A stretch of 64,000 nucleotides of DNA from SAR86 cluster bacterium (lineage in GTDB: Bacteria > Pseudomonadota > Gammaproteobacteria > Magnimaribacterales > TMED112). The stretch lies in contig CP097968.1 of NCBI GenBank assembly GCA_023703555.1, forward strand, positions 653,451-717,450. Reading direction: 5' to 3'. How positions within the stretch are numbered: the stretch's first letter is position 1; every line of letters starts with the position of its first letter. Shown one piece after another: positions 28,303 to 36,634 of the stretch. Under the pieces are notes generated by a model. That model did not search any database, had not been told where the DNA came from, and saw nothing but the letters and a program-made list of their open reading frames with translations. The position numbers and the translations under genes are program-made.

Positions 28303-28719
28303 TTAAAGATCGCCTTTTTCCCGAACTTCACTTTTTTTAATAGCAAACTGCTCACCATACCTTGCTTCAAGTTTTTTTTGATTTTCACTTATCACTTCAA
28401 AAGGATCCAAACCCAAAGCAGCACAAGCAGTTGCCCAATACCACATGATATCTCCAAGCTCTCTCTTCATATGGAATATATTTTCATCAGAAGGTGGCTT
28501 ACCCTGTAAAAACATTTTTTTTACTATTTCAACAAATTCCCCTGTTTCACTTCCAAGACCAAGTGCAGCTGTTAGCAAACGTGCAGATTGAATTTCTGAG
28601 GTATTTTCTACATTAGCTAAACTCTCTTTTAAGATCTCAAGATCAAGGCTGGGTTTGCTAGTTACCTTTGTTACAAAATCTGAGTATTGCTCAAAGAATT
28701 CCTTCACTTCTTTGCTCAT
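28303..28719 (-). CDS. MazG-like all-alpha nucleoside triphosphate pyrophosphohydrolase
   Basis: 138 aa. LGLGSETGEFVEIVKK and the ELGDIMWY EExxE/D-type metal motifs are typical of the MazG/dCTPase-like fold. Confidence 0.72.
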   Translation of the reverse strand: MSKEVKEFFEQYSDFVTKVTSKPSLDLEILKESLANVENTSEIQSARLLTAALGLGSETGEFVEIVKKMFLQGKPPSDENIFHMKRELGDIMWYWATACAALGLDPFEVISENQKKLEARYGEQFAIKKSEVREKGDL

Positions 28720-28720
28720 T

Positions 28721-29455
28721 TTAAAATTTTTCCATATAAGGTCTTAAGTCTAACTCATGTGTCCATGATGTTTTATCTTGACAGTGTAAATTGTAATATT
28801 CATCTGCGATCTTATCTGGGTTTAATATTCCACCGACCTCCTTAAGCTTGTATATCTCCGGAAAATTTTCCTTAATCCAAGGATGATCAATGGCACCATC
28901 GATGATGGTGTGGGCAACATGAATGCCTTTTGGGCCCAGTTCTCTTGCCATAGATTGAGCAAGATTTCTCAAAGCTGATTTTGCCGAGGAAAATGCACTA
29001 AAACCTGGTTTTCCTCTGATTGAGGCAGTTGCACCTGTAAAAATGATAGTTCCATAACCTTGTTTAGACATAATCTTGGCAGCCTCCTTGCCAAAAAGAA
29101 AACCACCAAAGGCTGCCATTTCCCAAACCTTCTTAAATACCCTTGGAGTTGTTTCCTCAATTGGAAAGAAAACGTTTGCCCCAATATTATAAATCGCGCA
29201 ATCTATTTTATTCTCTTTGTTAACAGCATTAAAAAGCTTTTGTACTTCACTTTCTTCTCGCGCATCACAGGGCATACTACTTGCTAAATGACCATCACTC
29301 TTTATATTTTCTGCAAGTTGCTCCAACTGATCTTGGTTTCTAGCTCTCCTTGAAACATAAACATGGTGCCCGACTTCTGCAAACTTTTTTGCCAAAGAGG
29401 ATCCAAGCCCTGGACCAGCCCCCATAATTAGCACAGCACCTTTTTTCTTATTCAT
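28721..29455 (-). CDS. SDR-family oxidoreductase
   Basis: 244 aa. It has the Rossmann motif GAGPGLGSS, NIG, and an S...K catalytic region (FSSAKSALR). Confidence 0.85.
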   Translation of the reverse strand: MNKKKGAVLIMGAGPGLGSSLAKKFAEVGHHVYVSRRARNQDQLEQLAENIKSDGHLASSMPCDAREESEVQKLFNAVNKENKIDCAIYNIGANVFFPIEETTPRVFKKVWEMAAFGGFLFGKEAAKIMSKQGYGTIIFTGATASIRGKPGFSAFSSAKSALRNLAQSMARELGPKGIHVAHTIIDGAIDHPWIKENFPEIYKLKEVGGILNPDKIADEYYNLHCQDKTSWTHELDLRPYMEKF

Positions 29456-29495
29456 ATTTATTTTTTAATTATAGCAATAGCGTTAAGATTATCTT

Positions 29496-30086
29496 ATGGG
29501 TATTGATTTTATTTTTGATGTAGCTAGTCCAAATGCTTATCTCTCGCATAAAGCAGTGCCACATTTTGAAAAAAAGCATAATGTAACATTCAATTATATT
29601 CCCTGTTTGCTTGGGGGTATTTTTAAAATTACCAATAATACAGCTCCAATGGTTGCTAATGCTGAAATACCAAAAAAACTTGATTACATGTTTCGTGAAA
29701 TTAAGAGGTTCTCTGAAAGACATAAAATAACTACACTGAAACATAATCCATTTTTTCCAATAAACACAGTGACCATGCAAAGAGCTTCTCTTTTTGCACA
29801 AGAGAATGGTTTTTATAAAAAATATGTCGACGTTGCATTGAAAGGCATGTGGGAGGATGAAATTAATATGGGAGATCAAGAAATTCTTCGTGACTATCTG
29901 AATGCCAATGACTTAGATGGTGATGCCTTGATTGAAGCTGCAGGTGAGCAAAGAATTAAGGACCTATTATTTTCTAACACACAAAATGCTGTTGATAGAG
30001 GGGCGTTTGGGGTTCCTACCTTTTTCATAGACGACGAGCTGTTTTTTGGAAAAGAGGCCTTTAATGAGATGCCCGACTATCTTTAG
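29496..30086 (+). CDS. 2-hydroxychromene-2-carboxylate isomerase / DsbA-like thioredoxin-fold protein
   Basis: 196 aa. It has FDVASPNAYL at the N-terminus and GAFGVPTFFIDDELFFGKE at the C-terminus, the HCCA isomerase family signature. Confidence 0.8.
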   Translation: MGIDFIFDVASPNAYLSHKAVPHFEKKHNVTFNYIPCLLGGIFKITNNTAPMVANAEIPKKLDYMFREIKRFSERHKITTLKHNPFFPINTVTMQRASLFAQENGFYKKYVDVALKGMWEDEINMGDQEILRDYLNANDLDGDALIEAAGEQRIKDLLFSNTQNAVDRGAFGVPTFFIDDELFFGKEAFNEMPDYL

Positions 30087-30970
30087 TTAATAGATAACAG
30101 AGCTTCAGATAATAATTCAGGTTGATCTTCTTGTGAGAAATGTCCTGCATTTATAATGCGGTGTGGCATATCCTTTGCTCCTGGAATTTTATCAATAAAA
30201 AATTTCTCTTGACCTAGAAAGGCTTTGTCATGATCACCAAACAAAGTTATTGTTGGTTTATTAAATTTTTTTAACTCTTGCCAAGCCTCCTTATTTTCCT
30301 GTACTTGATCCTGATCTGGCATTATTGGTACGAGAGTAGGGAAAACCCTTGCGCCAACTTTATAACTCTCATCAGGAAATGGGGCGTTATAAGCGTTGAT
30401 CTCTGCTTCAGATAAATCCCGAAGACAGCCTTGATTAACAATCTTCCCTGAATTGAAATCCTCAACTGTTTGACTAAAATTTAGCCACTGCTTAAAGCCT
30501 GGAGTTGAGCCAGTTCCTATTGGAAGACCTCCATTTGAGACCACCATACCTCTAAACCTCTCAGGGAATTTTGCAACCTGTCTAAGCCCTATCAAGCTCC
30601 CCCAGTCTTGTGCAAAAAAAACCATATTCTGAAGATCTAATTTCTCAATTAGTTGATTTATCCAATTAAGATGATTGGCGTAGGTATAGTCGTCTTTATT
30701 CGTAAGTTTATCTGATTTGCCAAAGCCTATTAGATCGGGAGCGATAATTCTACATTTAGATTTTGCAAGTATAGGTATCATGTGGCGATAAAGATAACTC
30801 CAAGACGGCTCGCCATGAAGCAAAAAAAACACCCTATCTGCTGATCCGCTGATATCAATATAATGCATTTGCAAAATATTTTCTTGATAATCTATTTCAC
30901 AGTAATTCTCAGAGAAATTATAGTCAGGTAAATTCTTGAATCTGTCTTTAGACGTTTTTAAAATACGCAT
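30083..30970 (-). CDS. Haloalkane dehalogenase (HLD-I, DhlA/DhmA-like)
   Basis: 295 aa, collinear with recalled Xanthobacter DhlA. Shared blocks are RF.NLPDY.FS.NY, LHGEPSWSYLYRHMIP, IAPDLIGFGKSDK, the QDWG nucleophile Asp, AYNAPFPDESYK.G.R.FP and AGHF.QE. Confidence 0.88.
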   Translation of the reverse strand: MRILKTSKDRFKNLPDYNFSENYCEIDYQENILQMHYIDISGSADRVFFLLHGEPSWSYLYRHMIPILAKSKCRIIAPDLIGFGKSDKLTNKDDYTYANHLNWINQLIEKLDLQNMVFFAQDWGSLIGLRQVAKFPERFRGMVVSNGGLPIGTGSTPGFKQWLNFSQTVEDFNSGKIVNQGCLRDLSEAEINAYNAPFPDESYKVGARVFPTLVPIMPDQDQVQENKEAWQELKKFNKPTITLFGDHDKAFLGQEKFFIDKIPGAKDMPHRIINAGHFSQEDQPELLSEALLSIN

Positions 30971-30979
30971 TTAGAGCTT

Positions 30980-31282
30980 TTATTCGTTTGAACGCTCGTA
31001 AATTACTGTATCAAAAGCAAACTCAGGTGGACCCTCACATAATGATACAAGGTATCCAAGCTCACCACTTTCTGTACGCATTTCTCTATAAGCCAGATAA
31101 TCGTCCTTTGATTCCCACTTCTGAAATACAGTAATAAGCGAAGTTTCCTCATTACCACTGCAAAAACAAGACAGGTTACCCTTAAATTCACTCATTTTAT
31201 AAAGGTCACCAGCAAGCCATTCTGATGCTTCTTTGTAGTTCTCTGCTTTTGCTTGAAATTTTGCAATTACATTTATTGCCAT
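30980..31282 (-). CDS. Antibiotic-biosynthesis-monooxygenase (ABM) domain protein
   Basis: 100 aa with a ferredoxin-like ABM pattern (I.V.AKF.AK......F..W.S...Y..Y). Confidence 0.6.
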   Translation of the reverse strand: MAINVIAKFQAKAENYKEASEWLAGDLYKMSEFKGNLSCFCSGNEETSLITVFQKWESKDDYLAYREMRTESGELGYLVSLCEGPPEFAFDTVIYERSNE

Positions 31283-31360
31283 AAAATTACTCCTACCTAT
31301 ATACCAACATAAATTTACTTATTTTTAAATACCCAAAAGAAATTTAGTTAGAACTCAAAA

Positions 31361-32140
31361 TTAAAGTTCGATATTAAAAAATTCTTCAACAGTGTTATGG
31401 GCTATTTGTTGTAGGAACTTTTTATCTTGATCATCAACCCTTCCGTAATAAGAGTAATCAACTTTCGTAGGAGATATATGAGTGATACTGGCAAAAACCA
31501 CACATGCAGCCAGATATGTTCCAAGCATACTGGGATGAGAGCCATCAAATCTTTTGTGTAGCTGAATGTTTGGTTGTTTGGAAAAAGCCTTTTCAAAAGC
31601 AATCCCTACTGGAAAGACCATTGCATTATTTCTATTGCCAGCGTCGACATACATCCTTTGTATATCTTTAATCATCTGTGGATTTGTTTTTTCATGGGGC
31701 TCTGCAAAAGCATGTATCATATATAGAGCTGCCTCTGCGCCAGTCGCGTGTATTTTTTTGACCATCTTTGAAACTTCTCTTGCGAAAATTCTTCTTTCCC
31801 TGACAGTATCCGTTTCACCACTTCCACCTTGAAAAATTACCAGCTGAAATGGTTCTGAAACGCCTAAGTTCTCGTGGTTTAGTGAGTGATCAATATTATG
31901 ATGCCATGATCTGGAGCCACTAATAGTTACTAATTTATACTCAGTTGTACTAATTTCTGTTTCATAAAATTCGTTTAGCATGCGCCTAACATGGTTATGA
32001 AGACTATCGTTGTAATATAGATAACTATTACCAATATAGAGCATCCTTTCTGGTGCTTTATTTTTCAGCTCCGACACTGTTACCTCACCAGAGACTGCAA
32101 AACATACAAAAACAAGAGTAAGTAAATATAAAATCCTCAT
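31361..32140 (-). CDS. Secreted SGNH/GDSL-like hydrolase-fold protein
   Basis: 259 aa with a signal peptide. It has a block I-like YIGNSY, a central FQGGSGE and a block V-like DGSHPS. Confidence 0.6.
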   Translation of the reverse strand: MRILYLLTLVFVCFAVSGEVTVSELKNKAPERMLYIGNSYLYYNDSLHNHVRRMLNEFYETEISTTEYKLVTISGSRSWHHNIDHSLNHENLGVSEPFQLVIFQGGSGETDTVRERRIFAREVSKMVKKIHATGAEAALYMIHAFAEPHEKTNPQMIKDIQRMYVDAGNRNNAMVFPVGIAFEKAFSKQPNIQLHKRFDGSHPSMLGTYLAACVVFASITHISPTKVDYSYYGRVDDQDKKFLQQIAHNTVEEFFNIEL

Positions 32141-32160
32141 TTTTAAAACAACAATTCTAT

Positions 32161-32310
32161 TTAAAAGCCTTTAGTGTTGGCCTCCAACTCGTCAATTTTT
32201 TTTTCAATTTTCTCTAATTTCTCAAGTATTTGATGAAAAAAATTTCTAGCTTCAGTTGGACACTTTTCAAAAAAATGCTCACTAAGTTTTTTAAGGTCAT
32301 CATCTTTCAT
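32161..32310 (-). CDS. Possible small protein (49 aa), helical
   Basis: Manual translation gives MKDDDLKKLSEHFFEKCPTEARNFFHQILEKLEKIEKKIDELEANTKGF*. It is below the ORF-track size cutoff, has no clear SD, and sits in an otherwise empty 223-bp gap. Confidence 0.3.
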   Translation of the reverse strand: MKDDDLKKLSEHFFEKCPTEARNFFHQILEKLEKIEKKIDELEANTKGF

Positions 32311-32331
32311 GACATGATTTTAACAAATTAA

Positions 32332-32350
32332 TGGTATGGGTGGAGGGAGT
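32332..32350 (-). repeat. Displaced copy of the tRNA-Leu 3' end (att-like direct repeat)
   Basis: TGGTATGGGTGGAGGGAGT (32332-32350) matches TGGTAGGGATGGAGGGAGT (32766-32784, the 3' end of tRNA-Leu) at 17/19 positions in the same orientation. It is GC-rich in an AT-rich background. Confidence 0.6.
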
Positions 32351-32363
32351 TAGATGCGCTTAA

Positions 32364-32735
32364 TTAGTCTCCACAAGCAAGATTACCATTTATATCATAG
32401 GTCGCACATTCTTCGTGGCCACCAGTACCGCCGTCAAGGAAAATTATACCGAATAATACTGCTCCTAAAATCCAATATAAGATAGGCACACTTTCATCTA
32501 GAGCTTCATTAATCTGTTCAGAGTAGCTTGAACAATCAATATTATTTTCTTCTACAATTTGCTCAAATAGTTTTCTCTGTGCTTCATTCTCTGCTTTAAA
32601 AAGATTTACACAGGTTTCTACATTAAATTTATCAACATCATTTAAATCATTTGATGAATAATTATTCGATTGTATTGTGGAGCATGAGCTCAAAAGTAGA
32701 ACAGTGCTTAAAACAAATGATGGAAAAACCCTCAT
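32364..32735 (-). CDS. Hypothetical lipoprotein (123 aa)
   Basis: Has a signal peptide with a lipobox (LLLSSCS), one C-terminal hydrophobic segment and a Cys-containing tail (ECATYDINGNLACGD). I recognise no family. Confidence 0.55.
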   Translation of the reverse strand: MRVFPSFVLSTVLLLSSCSTIQSNNYSSNDLNDVDKFNVETCVNLFKAENEAQRKLFEQIVEENNIDCSSYSEQINEALDESVPILYWILGAVLFGIIFLDGGTGGHEECATYDINGNLACGD

Positions 32736-32765
32736 TCAAACAATCTAGCATATTCAAACATATAT

Positions 32766-32850
32766 TGGTAGGGATGGAGGGAGTCGAACCCCCACGCCTT
32801 ACGGCACTGGAACCTAAATCCAGCGTGTCTGCCAGTTCCACCACATCCCC
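32766..32850 (-). tRNA. tRNA-Leu (anticodon TAG)
   Basis: The rc reads GGGGATGTGGTGGAACTGGCAGACACGCTGGATTTAGGTTCCAGTGCCGTAAGGCGTGGGGGTTCGACTCCCTCCATCCCTACCA. It has a long variable arm, the anticodon loop TTTAGGT, and an encoded CCA. Confidence 0.93.
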
Positions 32851-32865
32851 GGACGAAATTGTATT

Positions 32866-33078
32866 TTATATGACAAAGGCAATTAATAGCGCAATAATTG
32901 CAAAAATTACCCACATTATTGATTCGGAATTATTAGATTTCTTGTAAGCCATATATGCTAGTACCCACATCAAAATTGGTAATGCTAAAAGAAATGCTTT
33001 CCCAACTAAAATTGCTGCTGGAATTATGCAAATAACTAAAAAAATTTTAAAAAAGGTCTCACTCAAAATTCTACTCAT
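32866..33078 (-). CDS. Small 2-TM membrane protein (70 aa)
   Basis: Two hydrophobic helices. 4-nt overlap with the upstream gene. The stop lies 15 nt before tRNA-Leu. Confidence 0.5.
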   Translation of the reverse strand: MSRILSETFFKIFLVICIIPAAILVGKAFLLALPILMWVLAYMAYKKSNNSESIMWVIFAIIALLIAFVI

Positions 33079-33707
33079 AAGCCCTCTACTGTCTCCACCA
33101 AAATAATCTCATCAAGCTCATCTGATAGATTGTTTAATCTTGTTAAAATCTCAGTAAGTTTTTGGTTATTTTGGATTCTATATTGATCTATGGCAGAAAG
33201 CGCCTCAGCGTTTTCACTGAGTGCTTTTTTTTGTTTATTTATTTCATTGGTCAAGATTGTAATTTTAAGCTGAAGGTCTTCTGCCAGTTGAATTTTTTCA
33301 TCAAGACCGTCTAATTTGTCTTCAACCTTAGTAGTCTTTGAGCTAAGTTGTTGAATATTTTCTTCATTACTACTGGCTTTGCTTTCCTGCTTTCTAAAAT
33401 TTTCTTGGTACCCCTTTCTATGCCCCCAAAGTTTCCTCACTTCAGTGTCAAGAAAGGCAATTTGATCTGTCATAGTTTCCATATTTTGTACTGAATCCTC
33501 ATTGGTAATTGAAAGTTTGTCTTCTATAACTTCAACTTTTTGAGAGATGAGCTCCAACACAGCCTGATTTTCTTTTTTTTGGGCCTCTAAGTAGAAATAC
33601 ATGCCCAACAAAGCTGCAGCAACTAGCACTAATAAAAGTGCACTCAGAAGATATTGTGCATTTCCTCTAGATGTCCTTCTTGGTGGTATTCTTGTTGGTT
33701 CTGTCAT
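33075..33707 (-). CDS. Single-pass membrane-anchored coiled-coil protein
   Basis: 210 aa with a basic N-terminus, one TM segment (LLSALLLVLVAAALLGMYFYL) and then about 150 aa of heptad-like E/K/Q/L-rich sequence. ATGA overlap with the sulfatase gene. Confidence 0.6.
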   Translation of the reverse strand: MTEPTRIPPRRTSRGNAQYLLSALLLVLVAAALLGMYFYLEAQKKENQAVLELISQKVEVIEDKLSITNEDSVQNMETMTDQIAFLDTEVRKLWGHRKGYQENFRKQESKASSNEENIQQLSSKTTKVEDKLDGLDEKIQLAEDLQLKITILTNEINKQKKALSENAEALSAIDQYRIQNNQKLTEILTRLNNLSDELDEIILVETVEGL

Positions 33708-35431
33708 TCTCTGAAATTAGCTACGAACTCTAAAAAGTTCCTTTTGTTTTCACCAGTAGCATTCCTATTTGATAATAGTATGCCTGTGATGGGTTCAATA
33801 TTGCTTGTCATAAGTTTCTTAAAGATTATTGACTCAAAAATAATATCGGGACTATCTACATCATTAACAACCTTATAACTAAAAACGTTGTTATTAATGC
33901 GTAGATGCCAATATTCATCTAAGTCGCTTAAATACATAGTTGTGTTCAAATCTTGTAAATCTACTTTTGCAGGATCAAGTCGTATTGATGCTACGTCCAG
34001 AAACATAATTGGTGAAAGCTCTGCTAGTACACTATCTTGAATTTCATTGTCCTCATCAATAAAACTGCTGGAATTAAGCTCACCTGCAAGTTCAGCATAA
34101 GAACTTTTATAATAACTTCGTGCATTTGGGTTATAAGATTGATCACCTAAGGCATCTAATGCTCTCGACCGCACATCAACAATTTCTTGCGAACTGTTTC
34201 CAGAATTAATAAAAATATCTGTAAGATACAGTGTCCATTGATGATCACCACTTGCAACTGATTGCGTCAGCTCTGCGCTAAGCTTATCTAAAGAAATTAA
34301 ATTTATTAATTTATTAGCTCTTTCAACTGAGTCTTTAGGAAATAGATTTGTTGGATTTCCATCAAACCATCCAAAGTAACCATTAAATAAATTTCTTGAA
34401 CTCCATTCAACTGTTCCATAAAGCTCATAAAGGTGAGGATCACTTTTTAAGCTTTCAGGAAGCTCTACTGCTCGTGCTGCCTGCAATGGGGACAAACCAT
34501 TATTTAGGTTTCGCATTGTTTGATCATGAACATACTTAATTGCATCCCTATAAAGCGTTAGAATATTCATAACATTTGCAGCTCCCTCAATTGGTATTCC
34601 ATGACTAGGGACTAATATTTCTGGTTCAAGTGCCATCATTTTCTCAATACTCTGATACCATGCGCGAAAGCTACGATAGGTAGTGCCTCGTATTGTATAA
34701 ATATTAGGAAAGGCTTTATAAATATTATCCCCTGGAAAAAGTACTTTCCCCTCTTCAAACCAAATAAAGATTTGATCATCGGTTTCTCCTGGAGCATGAT
34801 AAAGGTCAACTTTGTTACCACCAATTTCCAAGGACATTTTTTCGTCAAAAACCATAGTTGGTTTGACATAACCTGGTTGATCCCTGCCAGCCTCAAGCTT
34901 AATCCCAATACCGTTTGTGATACCTTGATCAGCATCTTTGAGAATTGAATTAAACATTTTTAATGACCTTGGGCCAATAATATCTCTTTTGATTCCAAAA
35001 AAATTCTCAATTTCTTGAATGGTAGTTCTATGAGAAACAACATTTGTCACATCAAAGTTTGAGGCAAAAGCCCTAGCACCTAAAGTATGGTCAGCGTGAA
35101 AATGTGTATAAATGACCGTTTTTTTTGTATTTTCTGAAACTTCATTAAATTCTTTGATAACCCTTTCTGCAGTCTCAATGCCGCCCATGGTGTCAATAAT
35201 AATATCTTCTTTATCACCTTTAATTAAGATCGAGTTAGCCAGACCAAAACCAACCACTACAAAAACATCAGGATACGGATTGAGAACTTGCTCCTGAAAA
35301 TCTTTTCTTAAGAGTTTTAAATCGTCACCAGCATCGTTTTCATTTAATTTAACAGAAACTGCCTTAGGTTCATTTGTGTCAGAGCAGCTTGCTAAGAGGA
35401 AGGTCAAAATTAATAGTGATATTTTTTTCAT
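33704..35431 (-). CDS. Alkyl/aryl-sulfatase, MBL-fold (SdsA1/BDS1-like), lipoprotein
   Basis: 575 aa with a lipobox (LLASCS). It has the MBL motif THFHADH, a dimerisation-region-like middle, and a C-terminal SCP2-like segment. Confidence 0.8.
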   Translation of the reverse strand: MKKISLLILTFLLASCSDTNEPKAVSVKLNENDAGDDLKLLRKDFQEQVLNPYPDVFVVVGFGLANSILIKGDKEDIIIDTMGGIETAERVIKEFNEVSENTKKTVIYTHFHADHTLGARAFASNFDVTNVVSHRTTIQEIENFFGIKRDIIGPRSLKMFNSILKDADQGITNGIGIKLEAGRDQPGYVKPTMVFDEKMSLEIGGNKVDLYHAPGETDDQIFIWFEEGKVLFPGDNIYKAFPNIYTIRGTTYRSFRAWYQSIEKMMALEPEILVPSHGIPIEGAANVMNILTLYRDAIKYVHDQTMRNLNNGLSPLQAARAVELPESLKSDPHLYELYGTVEWSSRNLFNGYFGWFDGNPTNLFPKDSVERANKLINLISLDKLSAELTQSVASGDHQWTLYLTDIFINSGNSSQEIVDVRSRALDALGDQSYNPNARSYYKSSYAELAGELNSSSFIDEDNEIQDSVLAELSPIMFLDVASIRLDPAKVDLQDLNTTMYLSDLDEYWHLRINNNVFSYKVVNDVDSPDIIFESIIFKKLMTSNIEPITGILLSNRNATGENKRNFLEFVANFRE

Positions 35432-35486
35432 GTAAGTATTGTAATCAAAGATTTGTTAACTAAGAAATATGAATTAGACTCACTGC

Positions 35487-36068
35487 ATGGATTTTGATAA
35501 CAAAGCATCTGTAAAAATAAGGGCATACGATGTTCTTGCTGACGGCGTAACAAATAGAGATTCACTTTTTCATACGCCAACCTTCAGCAATCAACTTGGA
35601 GGGATAATTGATTCGAGAGTGATGGTGCTTCGTGAATTTTGCGACAAAGAACGACTTTTAAGATTTCATTCAGACTACCGTTCAAATAAAATTAGAGAAC
35701 TGATTAAAGATCCTTCTTCAGCTGTTCTAGGTTATGACCCAAATCTAAAAATCCAAATTAGGCTTGCTGGTGAAACTACCGTTCATCATCAAGACAATAT
35801 CACTAAAGCAGCATGGGAAGAGTCACAGCATATTTCTAAAAAGTGCTATTCAGTAAAAGATGGCTCTAGTAAAAAAGTAAAAAATCCTTCGGACTATGAC
35901 TTTGAATTGAAAGGCTTAGATGTAGAAGAAGGTTATGCAAACTTCGCCGTATTAAAATTTAATTATTGCTCGATGGAATTTTTGTATCTACAACGATCTG
36001 GTCACAGAAGATGCAAATTTGAATGGAGCAAGAATGGAGTAGAAAAAAGTTTTTGGTTAGTCCCTTAA
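35487..36068 (+). CDS. Pyridoxamine 5'-phosphate oxidase-like FMN-binding split-barrel protein
   Basis: 193 aa. The RVMVLREF....L.FHSDYRS.K and C-terminal EFLYLQRSGHRR..F patterns fit a PNPOx-like fold. This is not the canonical PdxH, which is at 54739. Confidence 0.6.
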   Translation: MDFDNKASVKIRAYDVLADGVTNRDSLFHTPTFSNQLGGIIDSRVMVLREFCDKERLLRFHSDYRSNKIRELIKDPSSAVLGYDPNLKIQIRLAGETTVHHQDNITKAAWEESQHISKKCYSVKDGSSKKVKNPSDYDFELKGLDVEEGYANFAVLKFNYCSMEFLYLQRSGHRRCKFEWSKNGVEKSFWLVP

Positions 36069-36583
36069 CCTGTGAGCTCGTCAACAAAGCTCATGATATA
36101 AGAGTTAATTTCTTCTGGAGACAGAACTAGCTGCGAACGAACATATCGTGTTGATCTAATGCCCGTCCAAAGTGGATTTCCTGAAGCATCTGAAACAGTT
36201 ACTCTGAGAAATGATCTGTCATCATCTTCAAAAGAATTCCAAAAAGGATCATAAAAAGGTCCATAGTAACCTTTCCTGTAGTAATACCCTGTTGATCTTC
36301 GTCTGTCTCTTTCATCAAAACCAATTGAAAGTGTAAAGACTAAATCTGGATCATCTGAAATACTCATTCCGAGATTTAATAATTCTTCCGATAATTGATT
36401 TCTTAAACCTGCTGATGTAAAAGGGCTCACTCTTACTTCTTCTGAGCTCTCCGATATTTGCACTGAGAATGTGTTGTAATCTATCAAATTGAAAGCTGAA
36501 ACTCTCTCTGTACTAACTGGGTTCACGCTGCATGCGCTCAAAGCAACTATGGCAAATAAAGGAAGTAAAATTTTGTTAAACAT
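36065..36583 (-). CDS. Lipoprotein (DUF4136-like)
   Basis: 172 aa with a lipobox (ALSACS). The family guess is from memory. Confidence 0.55.
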   Translation of the reverse strand: MFNKILLPLFAIVALSACSVNPVSTERVSAFNLIDYNTFSVQISESSEEVRVSPFTSAGLRNQLSEELLNLGMSISDDPDLVFTLSIGFDERDRRRSTGYYYRKGYYGPFYDPFWNSFEDDDRSFLRVTVSDASGNPLWTGIRSTRYVRSQLVLSPEEINSYIMSFVDELTG

Positions 36584-36634
36584 ACTATAATTCTGACTTT
36601 ATATATTAATATTAGTTCCCATTAATAATTCAAG

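Noticed and set aside
29469-29879. 136-aa minus-strand ORF overlapping the HCCA-isomerase-like gene
   Set aside because: It is antisense to a well-supported CDS. Its Cys/Phe/Ile-rich composition is implausible and typical of AT-rich antisense frames.
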